Shown here piece by piece: positions 15,330 to 24,648 of a stretch of 64,000 nt of DNA. This DNA comes from a phage: sequence record PZ212788.1; one strand, 5' to 3'. Within the stretch, counting starts at the first letter, position 1; every line of letters begins with the position of its first letter. The translations under genes and the position numbers were made by a program. The notes under the pieces are model-generated. The model did no database searches. It was not told the DNA's origin and was given only the letters and a program-made list of their open reading frames with translations.

Positions 15330-16876
15330 TGTCTAAGATTTACGGACCGTGTTCTGAAAAGCAGAAGATGATCCTCGAAAACGATGCAGATATTTTGGTA
15401 ATCGGCGGTGCCGCAGGGTCTGGCAAGTCGTTCCTCTTGCAGTTGATGCCGCTTAAAATTATTGATGACCCCCACAGCTCTGTAGTTATGTTCCGAAGAA
15501 CAACTCCCCAGTTGGAAGGTGAGGGTGGGCTATGGCCTAAAGCAGTAGCTATTTATAGTGATCTGCCTGAAAACATTAAGCCAAAGTTCAGAGAGAAGGA
15601 TCATAAGTTCATTTTTCCACGGTTTGATCCGAATACTGGTAAGTGGGATAGAAGCAAAAAGGGAGCTGTTGTAAAATACTGCCATATGGAGTATGTACAA
15701 GATAAGCTTAACCATCAGGGGCTTGAGTACACCATGGTTTGCTTCGATGAGGGCACGCAGTTCGAATGGGAGCAGATAGACTACCTGATGTCTCGTCTGC
15801 GATCTCAGTCAAAGTATCCATCAAGGATGGTTATCAGCTGTAACCCTGATTCAGAACACATGCTTGCCAAACTGGTTAGATGGTGGTTGGACGATGAAGG
15901 GTATCCAGATCCGGAGAAATGCGGTAAGAAAAGATATTTTATCCGACGCGACGGTGAATTTATTTGGGGAGACTCTAAGGAAGAGTTGATAGAGAAATAC
16001 ACCACGGTTAACGGACTGGGTGTAGAGATCAAGCCAAGACCGTTGTCATTCTCGTTCATAGGCGCAACAATATTCGATAATCCTGTCTGTTTGAGAGACA
16101 ACCCAGAATACCTTGCTTTCCTAGAAGGTCTACCAGAGCTGGAAAAAGCTCAGCTTCTCCATGGTAACTGGTTTGCAAAGCCTGAGGGTGCAAACTATTT
16201 TCAAAGATCTTTCCTTCGTGATGCCGATAGAGTACCACTTGGATCAGTATCTTGTAGGGCATGGGATAAGGCAGGAACCGAGAGAACTTCCGGTAATAAA
16301 TTTCCTGACTTTACTGCCAGTATTAAGGTAAGTAAAGATAGCGACGGCTTTTATTACCTGTCCGGTGATTATTGTCCTGAGAACGTGGATGACGGGAGGT
16401 ATTCCACAGGTCTGGAAGGCAAGTTCTGTAAAAAGGCTGGTGAACGAGATGTGATCATCAGGAAACAGGCGCAGTTCGATGGTGATGATTGCATAATCGT
16501 CTTCTCTGTGGACCCAGGACAGGCAGGTAAGAGTGAGTTCTTAACCTCCTCCAGATCCTTGCTCGCCGAAGGGTTTAGGGTTGAAGAAGACCCAATGCCT
16601 TCCAACAAATCTAAACTGACAAGGTTCTCACCTTTTGCCAATCTTGCCCAACAAGGGATGGTGAGGATTGTAAAATCCAGTTTCCATCCTGATACTCTGG
16701 AAGCATTTCTGACTGAACTTGAAAAATTCAACGGGGAAAGATCAACATTTAACAGAAAAGACGACTGGGCCGACTGTGTAGCTTCTGCGATTAATTTCCT
16801 GGAGAAAGAGGAGGTAGCACTTCCTTGTGTGATTCCATCAATCTCATCACCTTCTATGTTCAAGCGTTTTATCTAA
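15329..16876 (+). CDS. terL: terminase large subunit
   Basis: Walker A ILVIGGAAGSGKSF, Walker B-like VCFDEGTQF, 515 aa, position ahead of portal. Confidence 0.85.
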   Translation: MSKIYGPCSEKQKMILENDADILVIGGAAGSGKSFLLQLMPLKIIDDPHSSVVMFRRTTPQLEGEGGLWPKAVAIYSDLPENIKPKFREKDHKFIFPRFDPNTGKWDRSKKGAVVKYCHMEYVQDKLNHQGLEYTMVCFDEGTQFEWEQIDYLMSRLRSQSKYPSRMVISCNPDSEHMLAKLVRWWLDDEGYPDPEKCGKKRYFIRRDGEFIWGDSKEELIEKYTTVNGLGVEIKPRPLSFSFIGATIFDNPVCLRDNPEYLAFLEGLPELEKAQLLHGNWFAKPEGANYFQRSFLRDADRVPLGSVSCRAWDKAGTERTSGNKFPDFTASIKVSKDSDGFYYLSGDYCPENVDDGRYSTGLEGKFCKKAGERDVIIRKQAQFDGDDCIIVFSVDPGQAGKSEFLTSSRSLLAEGFRVEEDPMPSNKSKLTRFSPFANLAQQGMVRIVKSSFHPDTLEAFLTELEKFNGERSTFNRKDDWADCVASAINFLEKEEVALPCVIPSISSPSMFKRFI

Positions 16877-16879
16877 GTG

Positions 16880-16908
16880 TTGCCAATCTTAATTAGATGT
16901 GGTACAAT
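16880..16908 (+). promoter_or_regulatory. candidate promoter TTGCCA-N17-TACAAT (extended -10 TGg)
   Basis: Motif spacing upstream of portal gene. Confidence 0.35.
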
Positions 16909-16925
16909 AAAGTAATTGGAGATAC

Positions 16926-16952
16926 TAGCCCTCTGACGAGGGCTATTTTGTT
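16926..16952 (+). terminator. hairpin terminator/attenuator between terminase and portal
   Basis: TAGCCCTC-TGAC-GAGGGCTA followed by TTTTG. Confidence 0.45.
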
Positions 16953-16976
16953 ATACTGTTTTGAGGGGTAAAGCTT

Positions 16977-18533
16977 GTGGCCAAAAAGAACCGCAGGAAA
17001 CACAACGCCACAGCCAAAACTGTGAATAAATCTGGGAACGCAGGCGCACCAACTCATAATGTTCGTATGAGTGAGATCGGTTCTGGCGCACTTTCCCAAA
17101 TTATGGCAGAATCGCAATCTATGATGGTTGAGGAATTGCGTTGGCCTCAGCTGATTGCTACAGTGGAGACTATGAAATGTGATTCCACAGTTGCTACTGC
17201 CTTAGATACAAAATATGTTTTCATCACGAAAGCATTCAATGATTTTAAGATCCTTTATAATGTTAAAAGTGAAGACTCTAAAAAAGCTGCCGAGCTTATA
17301 GAGTATTCTTTGCGTAATTTGGCAAACCAACAAACTCTTCGAGATATTGCAAGAAGCGCAGCTACCTTTAACGAGTATGGTTTTTCACTGTTTGAGAAAG
17401 TATACCGCAGAGAGAAAGAAGGTAAATATGCCGGGATGCTTCTTATTGATAAAATTGCATTCCGACCTCAGGCCAGCCTGTCCAGATCAGAGCCGTTTGT
17501 TTTTGACAAGAATAGTAGAACACTGACAGGTATTTATCAGTCACCTAATGCATTTCTAAACACTCAGAATGCACGCTGGGCTGGACCTCTTGCTGCAATG
17601 CCTTCAAAAGGCTTTAATGAGCCTGAAATTTTCATCCCTGCTAAAAAGCTTATGCTCATGACCCTGTCAGGAACAGAATCTAACCCTGCAGGTGTGTCAC
17701 CGATGATAGGTTGCTACAGATCTTTCCGTGAGAAAGTTCTGATTGAAAACCTTGAGGTTGTTGGCTGTTCCAAAGACCTTGGTGGTGTGCTTGAGCTGAA
17801 AATTCCTTCCAATATTTTGAACAAGGCCAGCATTGACCCGAATTCAATGGAAGGGAGAATGGTTGCAGATCTTATGCTTGACGCAGCAAACGCCCATAGT
17901 GGTGAGCAAAGTTTCTTTATACTTCCGTCTGATAGAGATAAGTCTGGTAAAGAGCTTTACTCCATGACCCTGAAGGGGGTTGACGGTATGGGTAAGCAGT
18001 ATTCCACTAAAGATTTGATTGATGCCCGTAAGAAGGCGATTCTTGACCGTTTCGGTGCTGGCTTTATTAACCTCGGTAACGATAACGTTGGATCCTTCTC
18101 TCTGTCTGAATCAAAACAGTCTATCCATGGTCATTTTGTTCAGCGTGATATAGATATTATCACTGAAGCCTTCAATAAGGATCTTATTCCACAGCTTTTG
18201 GCATTGAATGGTATCATCCTTGAAGATGATGATATGCCTAAACTGAAACCTGGTCTGATTGAAGAGGTGGACATGGAGAGCTTCTCCAAATTTGTCCAGA
18301 GGATCGGTGCTGTAGGTTACTTGCCAAAAACTCCTGCAGTAATTAATAAGATTCTTGAAGTAGGCGGGTTTGATGAAAGATTTGACGAGGACATGGATCA
18401 GGAAGAGCTGATGAAGCTCTTGGGCCAGGATATCAGCAGGGCTGGTGATGGTATGGCTGCAGGATCCACTGGCAACGGCACTTCTAAGATGTCATCGACC
18501 AGAGATAATTCCATATCTAACATGGAAAATTAA
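16977..18533 (+). CDS. portal protein (putative)
   Basis: 518-aa ORF immediately after terminase; GTG start with GAGGGG RBS; assignment by position and size. Confidence 0.55.
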   Translation: MAKKNRRKHNATAKTVNKSGNAGAPTHNVRMSEIGSGALSQIMAESQSMMVEELRWPQLIATVETMKCDSTVATALDTKYVFITKAFNDFKILYNVKSEDSKKAAELIEYSLRNLANQQTLRDIARSAATFNEYGFSLFEKVYRREKEGKYAGMLLIDKIAFRPQASLSRSEPFVFDKNSRTLTGIYQSPNAFLNTQNARWAGPLAAMPSKGFNEPEIFIPAKKLMLMTLSGTESNPAGVSPMIGCYRSFREKVLIENLEVVGCSKDLGGVLELKIPSNILNKASIDPNSMEGRMVADLMLDAANAHSGEQSFFILPSDRDKSGKELYSMTLKGVDGMGKQYSTKDLIDARKKAILDRFGAGFINLGNDNVGSFSLSESKQSIHGHFVQRDIDIITEAFNKDLIPQLLALNGIILEDDDMPKLKPGLIEEVDMESFSKFVQRIGAVGYLPKTPAVINKILEVGGFDERFDEDMDQEELMKLLGQDISRAGDGMAAGSTGNGTSKMSSTRDNSISNMEN

Positions 18534-18552
18534 AAATTATCAACACAGGGGG

Positions 18553-18581
18553 TTGCAAAACCTCCTTTGGCGTGATAAAAT
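18553..18581 (+). promoter_or_regulatory. candidate promoter TTGCAA-N17-TAAAAT (extended -10 TGa)
   Basis: Shares GTGATAAAAT core with promoter at 12920. Confidence 0.4.
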
Positions 18582-18600
18582 AATCCACATGGGGAATAAA

Positions 18601-19020
18601 ATGCCACAGGAAGAAATGATTTCCTACGAAATCATCTACGAACCTGACACTAAAGATGCTCACGGTGAGTGGATGAGTAAAGACACCATCAAAAAGGCTA
18701 AAGATAACTGGGACGCAGCATACGCCGCAGGCCTAGTTTCTGAAAACCTTTTTCACTTGACCTCTACAGATGCTTTCACCATTGAAAAGACGTGGATTCA
18801 AGAAGAGTTTGATGTTGTAGTGATTGGCACTGAGCAGGTCATCAAGGCTGGCTCTTGGGTTGCTAAAGTTAAATACAATAATCCTGAATTATGGGAAGCT
18901 AAGAAGGCTGGCATTGTTGGTGGCCTAAGCATTCAGGCAACAGGTAATGTTGATGAAGAAACTGGTGAAATTACCAACGTAAACTTCGGGATCAGTGTTG
19001 TAGAAGAGGGCAATGAATAA
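18601..19020 (+). CDS. head morphogenesis protein (possible prohead protease)
   Basis: 139 aa between portal and scaffold; GGGGA RBS; function by position only. Confidence 0.3.
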   Translation: MPQEEMISYEIIYEPDTKDAHGEWMSKDTIKKAKDNWDAAYAAGLVSENLFHLTSTDAFTIEKTWIQEEFDVVVIGTEQVIKAGSWVAKVKYNNPELWEAKKAGIVGGLSIQATGNVDEETGEITNVNFGISVVEEGNE

Positions 19021-19997
19021 TGTCTGAAAAAACGATTACTATTAAAGAGAAGGGGATTGCCCTGTGCCATAAGGCGCAAGGCTATAGCGCTAACAACAGA
19101 CCTGTATCTCTTTTGATGAAGAGTGATCTTAAGCCTGAGCAGTTAACAGACGATATTGTTAAGGCACTTCGCCAAGTTACTGTGGAGCTTAGTTTTGAAG
19201 AATACCTGCGTCGTTTCTTCGATATGTGGTATGATGATGCTAAAGCACTTGCACACATGCTTGGTTTTGAGATTGAAGAGGAGGCTTGGGCTAAAGAGCA
19301 TCCTGATTGGGAATGGGCGCAAGCTGACGCAGAGTCTTGTATTGCATGGCTGGAAGAGCGTTGTGATAACGTGACCATTCATAAAGCTGCAAAAGAAGGT
19401 AAGCAGCTTAGCGTGGCAGATCAGTACAGCCTGTTAAAAACACAACAGATTTTTGAACAAGTAACCGCTGATCTCTTCGATAAAGAAGGGAACCTGATCA
19501 AGGCGGTACAGGAACCCGCTGAGGTGGATAAAACTGCCGAGGTGGATGATGTTGCAAAATCCGCAAATACCGAGGAGAATCCGGTGGACGTAACCAAAAC
19601 TAAAGAGTATCTGGATCTGCTGAAGCAAGTAGAAGAGCTGAAAGCAACCCAGAGTAAAGCTGAAGAAATCATCAAGGCCCAGGTTGAAGTTGAAAAAGCT
19701 AAAATGCTGACTAAGGCTCAAGCTTTAAGCTTTGTTGGTGAAGAAGATCATGCAACCCTGGTTGACTTCATGCTGGAAAAAGCTAACGAACCTATCGTAG
19801 CTATGCTTGAGAAAGCTCAAGCAAAAATTGAAGAGCTGGAAGCAGAGGTGCATAAAACCAAAGAAGAGTTTGCCACCACTGAACATGGTAATGATGGCGA
19901 ACCTGTTGTGGATGATATTGCGAAATCCGCAGAAGAAATTCTTGCTGAAAACGTTGCAAAAGCACTTGCTCGTGCACGTGCAGAATCTACCAAATAA
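19020..19997 (+). CDS. scaffolding protein (putative)
   Basis: Highly acidic, alanine/lysine/glutamate-rich coiled-coil protein upstream of capsid gene. Confidence 0.5.
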   Translation: MSEKTITIKEKGIALCHKAQGYSANNRPVSLLMKSDLKPEQLTDDIVKALRQVTVELSFEEYLRRFFDMWYDDAKALAHMLGFEIEEEAWAKEHPDWEWAQADAESCIAWLEERCDNVTIHKAAKEGKQLSVADQYSLLKTQQIFEQVTADLFDKEGNLIKAVQEPAEVDKTAEVDDVAKSANTEENPVDVTKTKEYLDLLKQVEELKATQSKAEEIIKAQVEVEKAKMLTKAQALSFVGEEDHATLVDFMLEKANEPIVAMLEKAQAKIEELEAEVHKTKEEFATTEHGNDGEPVVDDIAKSAEEILAENVAKALARARAESTK

Positions 19998-20017
19998 GAC
20001 ATTAACGGGGGAAATAA

Positions 20018-20404
20018 ATGATTACCGCTCAATATTCTGATATCGTGCTCGGCAAAGTTGATTCTAGCGATGCTGGCTACAATTTTAAAGAGATCAAGGT
20101 AACACTGACAGAGCATCACCACGCTGGCACTGTTGTAACAAAAACTGGTACCATCGCTAACGCAGATGGTTCTGATGTGTACGGCGTTCTTGTTGACCGT
20201 GCTCTTGTCAAAGATGCTGGTACGGTCCATCTTGCAAAACCGTTAGAAGTAGGACAATCCTATAACCTGGTTGTTGCCGTCCATGGTGTTACCTTTGCAA
20301 AAGACATGCTGTTAGGTGCAGATGGAGCTAAAGCAGACCAAAGAATTCTGGATAAGTTGGAAGCTTTAGGTAACAAAGTTCACGTCCAGACTCTTGGTGA
20401 ATAA
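20018..20404 (+). CDS. head decoration protein (putative)
   Basis: 128-aa ORF directly preceding major capsid gene. Confidence 0.35.
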   Translation: MITAQYSDIVLGKVDSSDAGYNFKEIKVTLTEHHHAGTVVTKTGTIANADGSDVYGVLVDRALVKDAGTVHLAKPLEVGQSYNLVVAVHGVTFAKDMLLGADGAKADQRILDKLEALGNKVHVQTLGE

Positions 20405-20454
20405 TAAGCCCTAAATTGTTCGGGAAATATTTAAGTTTTACTTTGGAGAAATAA

Positions 20455-21465
20455 ATGATTACTCGTAAAGATGAATTTGGCATTGTCGATTTAGGTGCTA
20501 CTCTGGACCTTGTTCCGCGTCAATTCCGCCTGATTACTGGTATGGATCTGTTCGAAACCCGTCTCGGCACCTCAACAATTGCTCAGATTGAGCGTGTTGA
20601 TGAAGTTGTAACCGACATTCCGGCACGCCGTCGTGGTGGTGAGCGTAACTACGTTGGTAGTGAACGTGCTCAGGTTAAAAACCTGAACATCCCGTTCTTC
20701 CCTCTGGACAAAGGCATCACCGCAGCAGATGTTCAGAACTTCCGTCGTTACTTCACCCCTGATGCTCCGAAAACTGTTCAGGACGTAGTAACCCGCGTTG
20801 TTCGCCGTATCCGTGTTTCTCATGAAGCACTGCGTGAGAAAGCGCTGTTCCAGGCTATTCTGGGTAAATCCTATGCACCTGGTGACGCTACCTGCCAGTA
20901 TGATTACTACACTCTGTGGGGTGTGTCCCAGAAGTCTGTTGAGATCGACCCTGCAAAAGCAGATCAGGATCCGATGGAGGTTCTGGAAGAAGCTCGTCTG
21001 CACATCGCGCTGCAAGCTGGCGATAACGCAGCTGGCTATCGTATTGTAGCCCTGTGCTCACCAGAGTTCTTCAGTGCTATTACCCATCACCCTCTGGTAG
21101 AACTGGCATACACCTATTACGGCTCTGCTCAGGAACCTCTGCGTCGCCGTCTTGGTGCTGGCGGTCAAGACAGCGTATACCGTGTGTTTGAGCATAAAGG
21201 TATCACCTTTATCGAAGATATCTCTGGCAATATTCCTAAGAAAGAAGCTCGCATTCTGCCGATGGGTATTGATCAGATGTTCCAGCTGCACTTTGCTCCG
21301 GCAGACGATGTTAACGAAGCAAATACTCCAGCACAGGAACTGTATATGTGGTATAAACACTCTGCATACCTGCGTGAAGAGAAGATTGAATCTGAAACTT
21401 CTATGCTGGCAGTTAACACTCGTCCAGAGCTGGTTGTTAAAGTAACTCTGAAAAACGGTGGCTAA
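20455..21465 (+). CDS. major capsid protein (putative)
   Basis: 336 aa, strongly biased codon usage, follows scaffold/decoration genes, followed by strong terminator. Confidence 0.6.
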   Translation: MITRKDEFGIVDLGATLDLVPRQFRLITGMDLFETRLGTSTIAQIERVDEVVTDIPARRRGGERNYVGSERAQVKNLNIPFFPLDKGITAADVQNFRRYFTPDAPKTVQDVVTRVVRRIRVSHEALREKALFQAILGKSYAPGDATCQYDYYTLWGVSQKSVEIDPAKADQDPMEVLEEARLHIALQAGDNAAGYRIVALCSPEFFSAITHHPLVELAYTYYGSAQEPLRRRLGAGGQDSVYRVFEHKGITFIEDISGNIPKKEARILPMGIDQMFQLHFAPADDVNEANTPAQELYMWYKHSAYLREEKIESETSMLAVNTRPELVVKVTLKNGG

Positions 21466-21489
21466 TCACTAAGGTGATTCATCCCATAT

Positions 21490-21520
21490 GGGGAGGGGGT
21501 TCTCCCCTCCCCTTTTTATT
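21490..21520 (+). terminator. rho-independent terminator after capsid gene
   Basis: GGGGAGGGGG-TTCT-CCCCTCCCC hairpin followed by TTTTT. Confidence 0.7.
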
Positions 21521-21545
21521 TATTAGGGTTTAACAGGAGTGTCCC

Positions 21546-22391
21546 GTGAAGAGAGCCGTATATCCAGTTGAGTATGATCCTCTATTAAGAGTTTTCAACA
21601 ATCAATTAAGTTTTTATCAATTTTTAGCACAATACAATCCAGAAATCAATGTTGGTTTATCAGCTCTTCTGCCACCAACAGAATTCGTTATTGGCAGTGT
21701 TCACTATCCATGTAGAACGATTGTAGACTTCTTCCAGAAGATTGCAAAACACACAGGCCTGCCAATTGATACTGGTATTTCAACTATCCGTATGGGTGTT
21801 ATTCTTCTGTTCTTCACAGAGAACCTTGATGAAAGCACTTTAACACTGCAAAGCGGGGATGTCAATATTACACTCACTCCGTCAGTGTTTAAAGAGGTAG
21901 ATGCTGCTTTCAAAGTTTCCGTGGCAGAGGGTCATCTGTGGGACCCTGAAGGTATGCCTAAAAAAGTGACCATAAACGATGAGCAATGCAACATTGTTTA
22001 TGAAGAAGATACCCAAACTTTCACCATCGAGTGGCCTAAGAAACGTTCTCAGGTTGTAAATCTTGGGCTGGTTTCTACGGTAGCTCCACTGCCTGAACCA
22101 GAGCCGGAGCCACCTGTAGGTCCTACTGAACCAGGTGGTGGCGGTGAAGAATCCCCAGATCCGGCTGCACCGGGAGGCACTGAGCAGGATCCTGAACAGG
22201 CACAAGAATCAAGATCTTCTCGCAGTGATGTTGATGCCATACTGCAGCAGGCCGCAGCTCTTAACAACGAAGATGACAAAAGTGGTTCAAAAGATGCACT
22301 CCAAACCTTCGCCAAAGAGCACGGTGTTACCTTAAGTAAGGCAAAAACTTTCCAAAATATGATGAAAGATTTTGAGGCTGCACTGGCATAA
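21546..22391 (+). CDS. structural protein with Pro/Glu-rich linker (hypothetical)
   Basis: GTG start with AGGAG RBS; internal PLPEPEPEPPVGPTEPGGGGEESPDPAAPGG low-complexity linker. Confidence 0.4.
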   Translation: MKRAVYPVEYDPLLRVFNNQLSFYQFLAQYNPEINVGLSALLPPTEFVIGSVHYPCRTIVDFFQKIAKHTGLPIDTGISTIRMGVILLFFTENLDESTLTLQSGDVNITLTPSVFKEVDAAFKVSVAEGHLWDPEGMPKKVTINDEQCNIVYEEDTQTFTIEWPKKRSQVVNLGLVSTVAPLPEPEPEPPVGPTEPGGGGEESPDPAAPGGTEQDPEQAQESRSSRSDVDAILQQAAALNNEDDKSGSKDALQTFAKEHGVTLSKAKTFQNMMKDFEAALA

Positions 22392-22401
22392 TTTTGTTAA
22401 G

Positions 22402-22440
22402 GCCCCTTCCAAATCAGGAATGGGGCTTTATTTTTACGAG
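22402..22440 (+). terminator. hairpin terminator
   Basis: GCCCCTTCC..GGAATGGGGC stem followed by TTTATTTTT. Confidence 0.45.
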
Positions 22441-22450
22441 GTATTTTCAA

Positions 22451-23071
22451 ATGGCATGGTATGAAGATGAAGAGATTATCCCGTCACCGCCTAACCATGA
22501 TGGTGTAGTCGATACCCCAGAAGAACCACCAAAAGAAGATCCTGTACCTCCGGAACCTGATCCAGACCAACCTCTTATTAATATTATGAGGTTGTTACTT
22601 GGCAATGTTGATGAGGAAACACTCCCTGATGAGGTAATTAAAACATTCCTTGACATGGAGAAGCTGAAACTAAATTATCCGGAAGATCCTGATAAGCTGC
22701 CCCTGCTTAAGTACAATGTGCTTGTGCAGCTTGTGCGGTGGCTGATGATGCAGGAAGTGTCCAGTGGTAATGCAAGTATAACTTCCCGTCTGGAAAAAAT
22801 AGGTGATGAGACCATAGAGATTCGTGGTGGATCTGCCTACGCCCAATGGAAAGATTTCCTTGATTGGCTGCTGGCACACCCAGACTATGTAGATTCTGAG
22901 CTAGATGCTTACAGCAGAATGATTATCATTGGCGGTGTTCGTGTAGACGAAGGAATTCGGGTTAAATTTAATGAAAACAGCAACGGACCGTTCGATGTCC
23001 AGGGGATTACACCTATCAGTGGTCTAAATAACCAACCTCCTAGACACCCAAGACGCAAACGCAGTTTTTAA
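22451..23071 (+). CDS. hypothetical structural protein (proline-rich N-terminus)
   Basis: ATG 22451 downstream of terminator; ORF-track start at 22394 lies inside terminator hairpin. Confidence 0.4.
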   Translation: MAWYEDEEIIPSPPNHDGVVDTPEEPPKEDPVPPEPDPDQPLINIMRLLLGNVDEETLPDEVIKTFLDMEKLKLNYPEDPDKLPLLKYNVLVQLVRWLMMQEVSSGNASITSRLEKIGDETIEIRGGSAYAQWKDFLDWLLAHPDYVDSELDAYSRMIIIGGVRVDEGIRVKFNENSNGPFDVQGITPISGLNNQPPRHPRRKRSF

Positions 23072-23077
23072 AAATTG

Positions 23078-23106
23078 TTGCTTTTGATGTATCTTTGTGG
23101 TAAAAT
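23078..23106 (+). promoter_or_regulatory. candidate promoter TTGCTT-N17-TAAAAT (extended -10 TGg)
   Basis: Contains recurrent TGGTAAAATAC motif. Confidence 0.4.
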
Positions 23107-23124
23107 ACATTAGTGAGGGATATA

Positions 23125-23583
23125 ATGCTAAAGGTTAAATGTCAAACAAGGTTCAACCTAAAGCGTTTAGATCGCTTCTACAAAGAACTTGTGAGACTTG
23201 AAAGCAAAACAATAACCTACGGCTTTTATGACGAACCTCACCCGTCAGGCTTAAATATGGCAACATTGGCAGCCATTCACAACTTCGGTTGGAACGGGCT
23301 GCCTGTTCGCAATTTCATGGAGACAGCCTTCGCATTTCACAGCACTCAACTACAGACCTTGACAGAAAAATTGTTGAGAGCTATGGCTAGAGGATCAAGT
23401 GCAGAGGCTATTCTTAAGCAGATGGGGGACACAGGGGCCAAAGCTATCCAGTTTGTTATTGAGGCTGGTCAATTTAGTAATCCTACTGTTAGTGAGCAGT
23501 GGGCACAAGAAAAGGGCTTCAACGAGGCTATGCGGCATTACGATGTGCTGCTTGAATCTGCAACCTTTAAAATCGGACAGTAA
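23125..23583 (+). CDS. hypothetical protein (head-tail joining region)
   Basis: GAGGGA RBS; position between head and tail modules. Confidence 0.35.
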   Translation: MLKVKCQTRFNLKRLDRFYKELVRLESKTITYGFYDEPHPSGLNMATLAAIHNFGWNGLPVRNFMETAFAFHSTQLQTLTEKLLRAMARGSSAEAILKQMGDTGAKAIQFVIEAGQFSNPTVSEQWAQEKGFNEAMRHYDVLLESATFKIGQ

Positions 23584-23599
23584 AAATAAGGGGGGTTGA

Positions 23600-24025
23600 G
23601 TGGCAGCAGGTTATAAGCTGATAGGAAAGAACAGACTAATACCTCGTAAAACATTCAAAGGTCGCCACAGAGTGTATAACAAAACAGTTGGTGGTCCTTT
23701 TGTCAACGAGGGGTTAGAGCTTGAGTATGAAGAGTTTGATGTCTTAGAGTGTGTTGTGCAGCCGTTGACAGGAAGGGCAGCTAAAGATTACTCCTCTCAA
23801 ATAAACCCTGAAGGTGACAGACAGTACGAGGCTTTTACAGTTTACTCCTCAACCAAGTTGTATAGTCCGGACGAAGGAACATATGCAATGGCTGACCAAA
23901 TTCAGCTGCCTGACATCCGTGGTGACTTGAAATGGTTTACCGTTTTAAAATGCGATGCATATGTTACCTCTGGTGGTGGGAGATATAGATTTTTTGTGGT
24001 AGAAGAGCCTGAAGGAGAAAACTGA
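23600..24025 (+). CDS. hypothetical protein (neck/tail completion region)
   Basis: GTG start with AAGGGGGG RBS. Confidence 0.35.
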   Translation: MAAGYKLIGKNRLIPRKTFKGRHRVYNKTVGGPFVNEGLELEYEEFDVLECVVQPLTGRAAKDYSSQINPEGDRQYEAFTVYSSTKLYSPDEGTYAMADQIQLPDIRGDLKWFTVLKCDAYVTSGGGRYRFFVVEEPEGEN

Positions 24026-24576
24026 TGGAAGCTTTCGAAAAAGTTTTTTCTGATCTTGAAACAACCATTGCTAAGCTTGTCAAGGTTGCCACAGGAAGAA
24101 CTGTAGTTCTGGCAGAAAGCTCTACCATACCGAAGCCGGAAGGTGAGTTTGTACTCTTACAAACCTTGGCGATCAATCCCACCACTTGGGAAGATAATGA
24201 GTTTCAAGATGCTGAGGGTAATGCTTACGTCACCCACAGCTACACTGTTACCTATCTGCTAACAGCTTATCGTGGCAGAGCATATGCTGCACTTAGCAGA
24301 GTATTGCAAGCAATAAACCTTCCAATGTTTTATGACAAGTATTTCCCTCTGGGATCGTGCTTTGCCTACTCTAACAATTCAACAATCTCACCTCAAAGAG
24401 TGCCGTTGAATAAGCAGACGTATGAAAATAGAGCCACTGTGATGCTGACATTTAACGTAAGGTTTGTTGAAACAGACATTGGGGCTTTTGAGGATCTTGA
24501 GGGAATTAAGGCTGAAATAACCACACACTTCCCTTCACCCAATTCTGGTAAAGCGGTTACAGACAGTGGTCAGTAA
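24025..24576 (+). CDS. hypothetical protein (neck/tail completion region)
   Basis: Start overlaps upstream stop (TGATG). Confidence 0.35.
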   Translation: MEAFEKVFSDLETTIAKLVKVATGRTVVLAESSTIPKPEGEFVLLQTLAINPTTWEDNEFQDAEGNAYVTHSYTVTYLLTAYRGRAYAALSRVLQAINLPMFYDKYFPLGSCFAYSNNSTISPQRVPLNKQTYENRATVMLTFNVRFVETDIGAFEDLEGIKAEITTHFPSPNSGKAVTDSGQ

Positions 24577-24648
24577 TCGTTATAGTTGTGTAGTGTAATG
24601 ATTACACTGCGTGTTTGATATCCGTGCACAGATATTAAGAGGAAACAA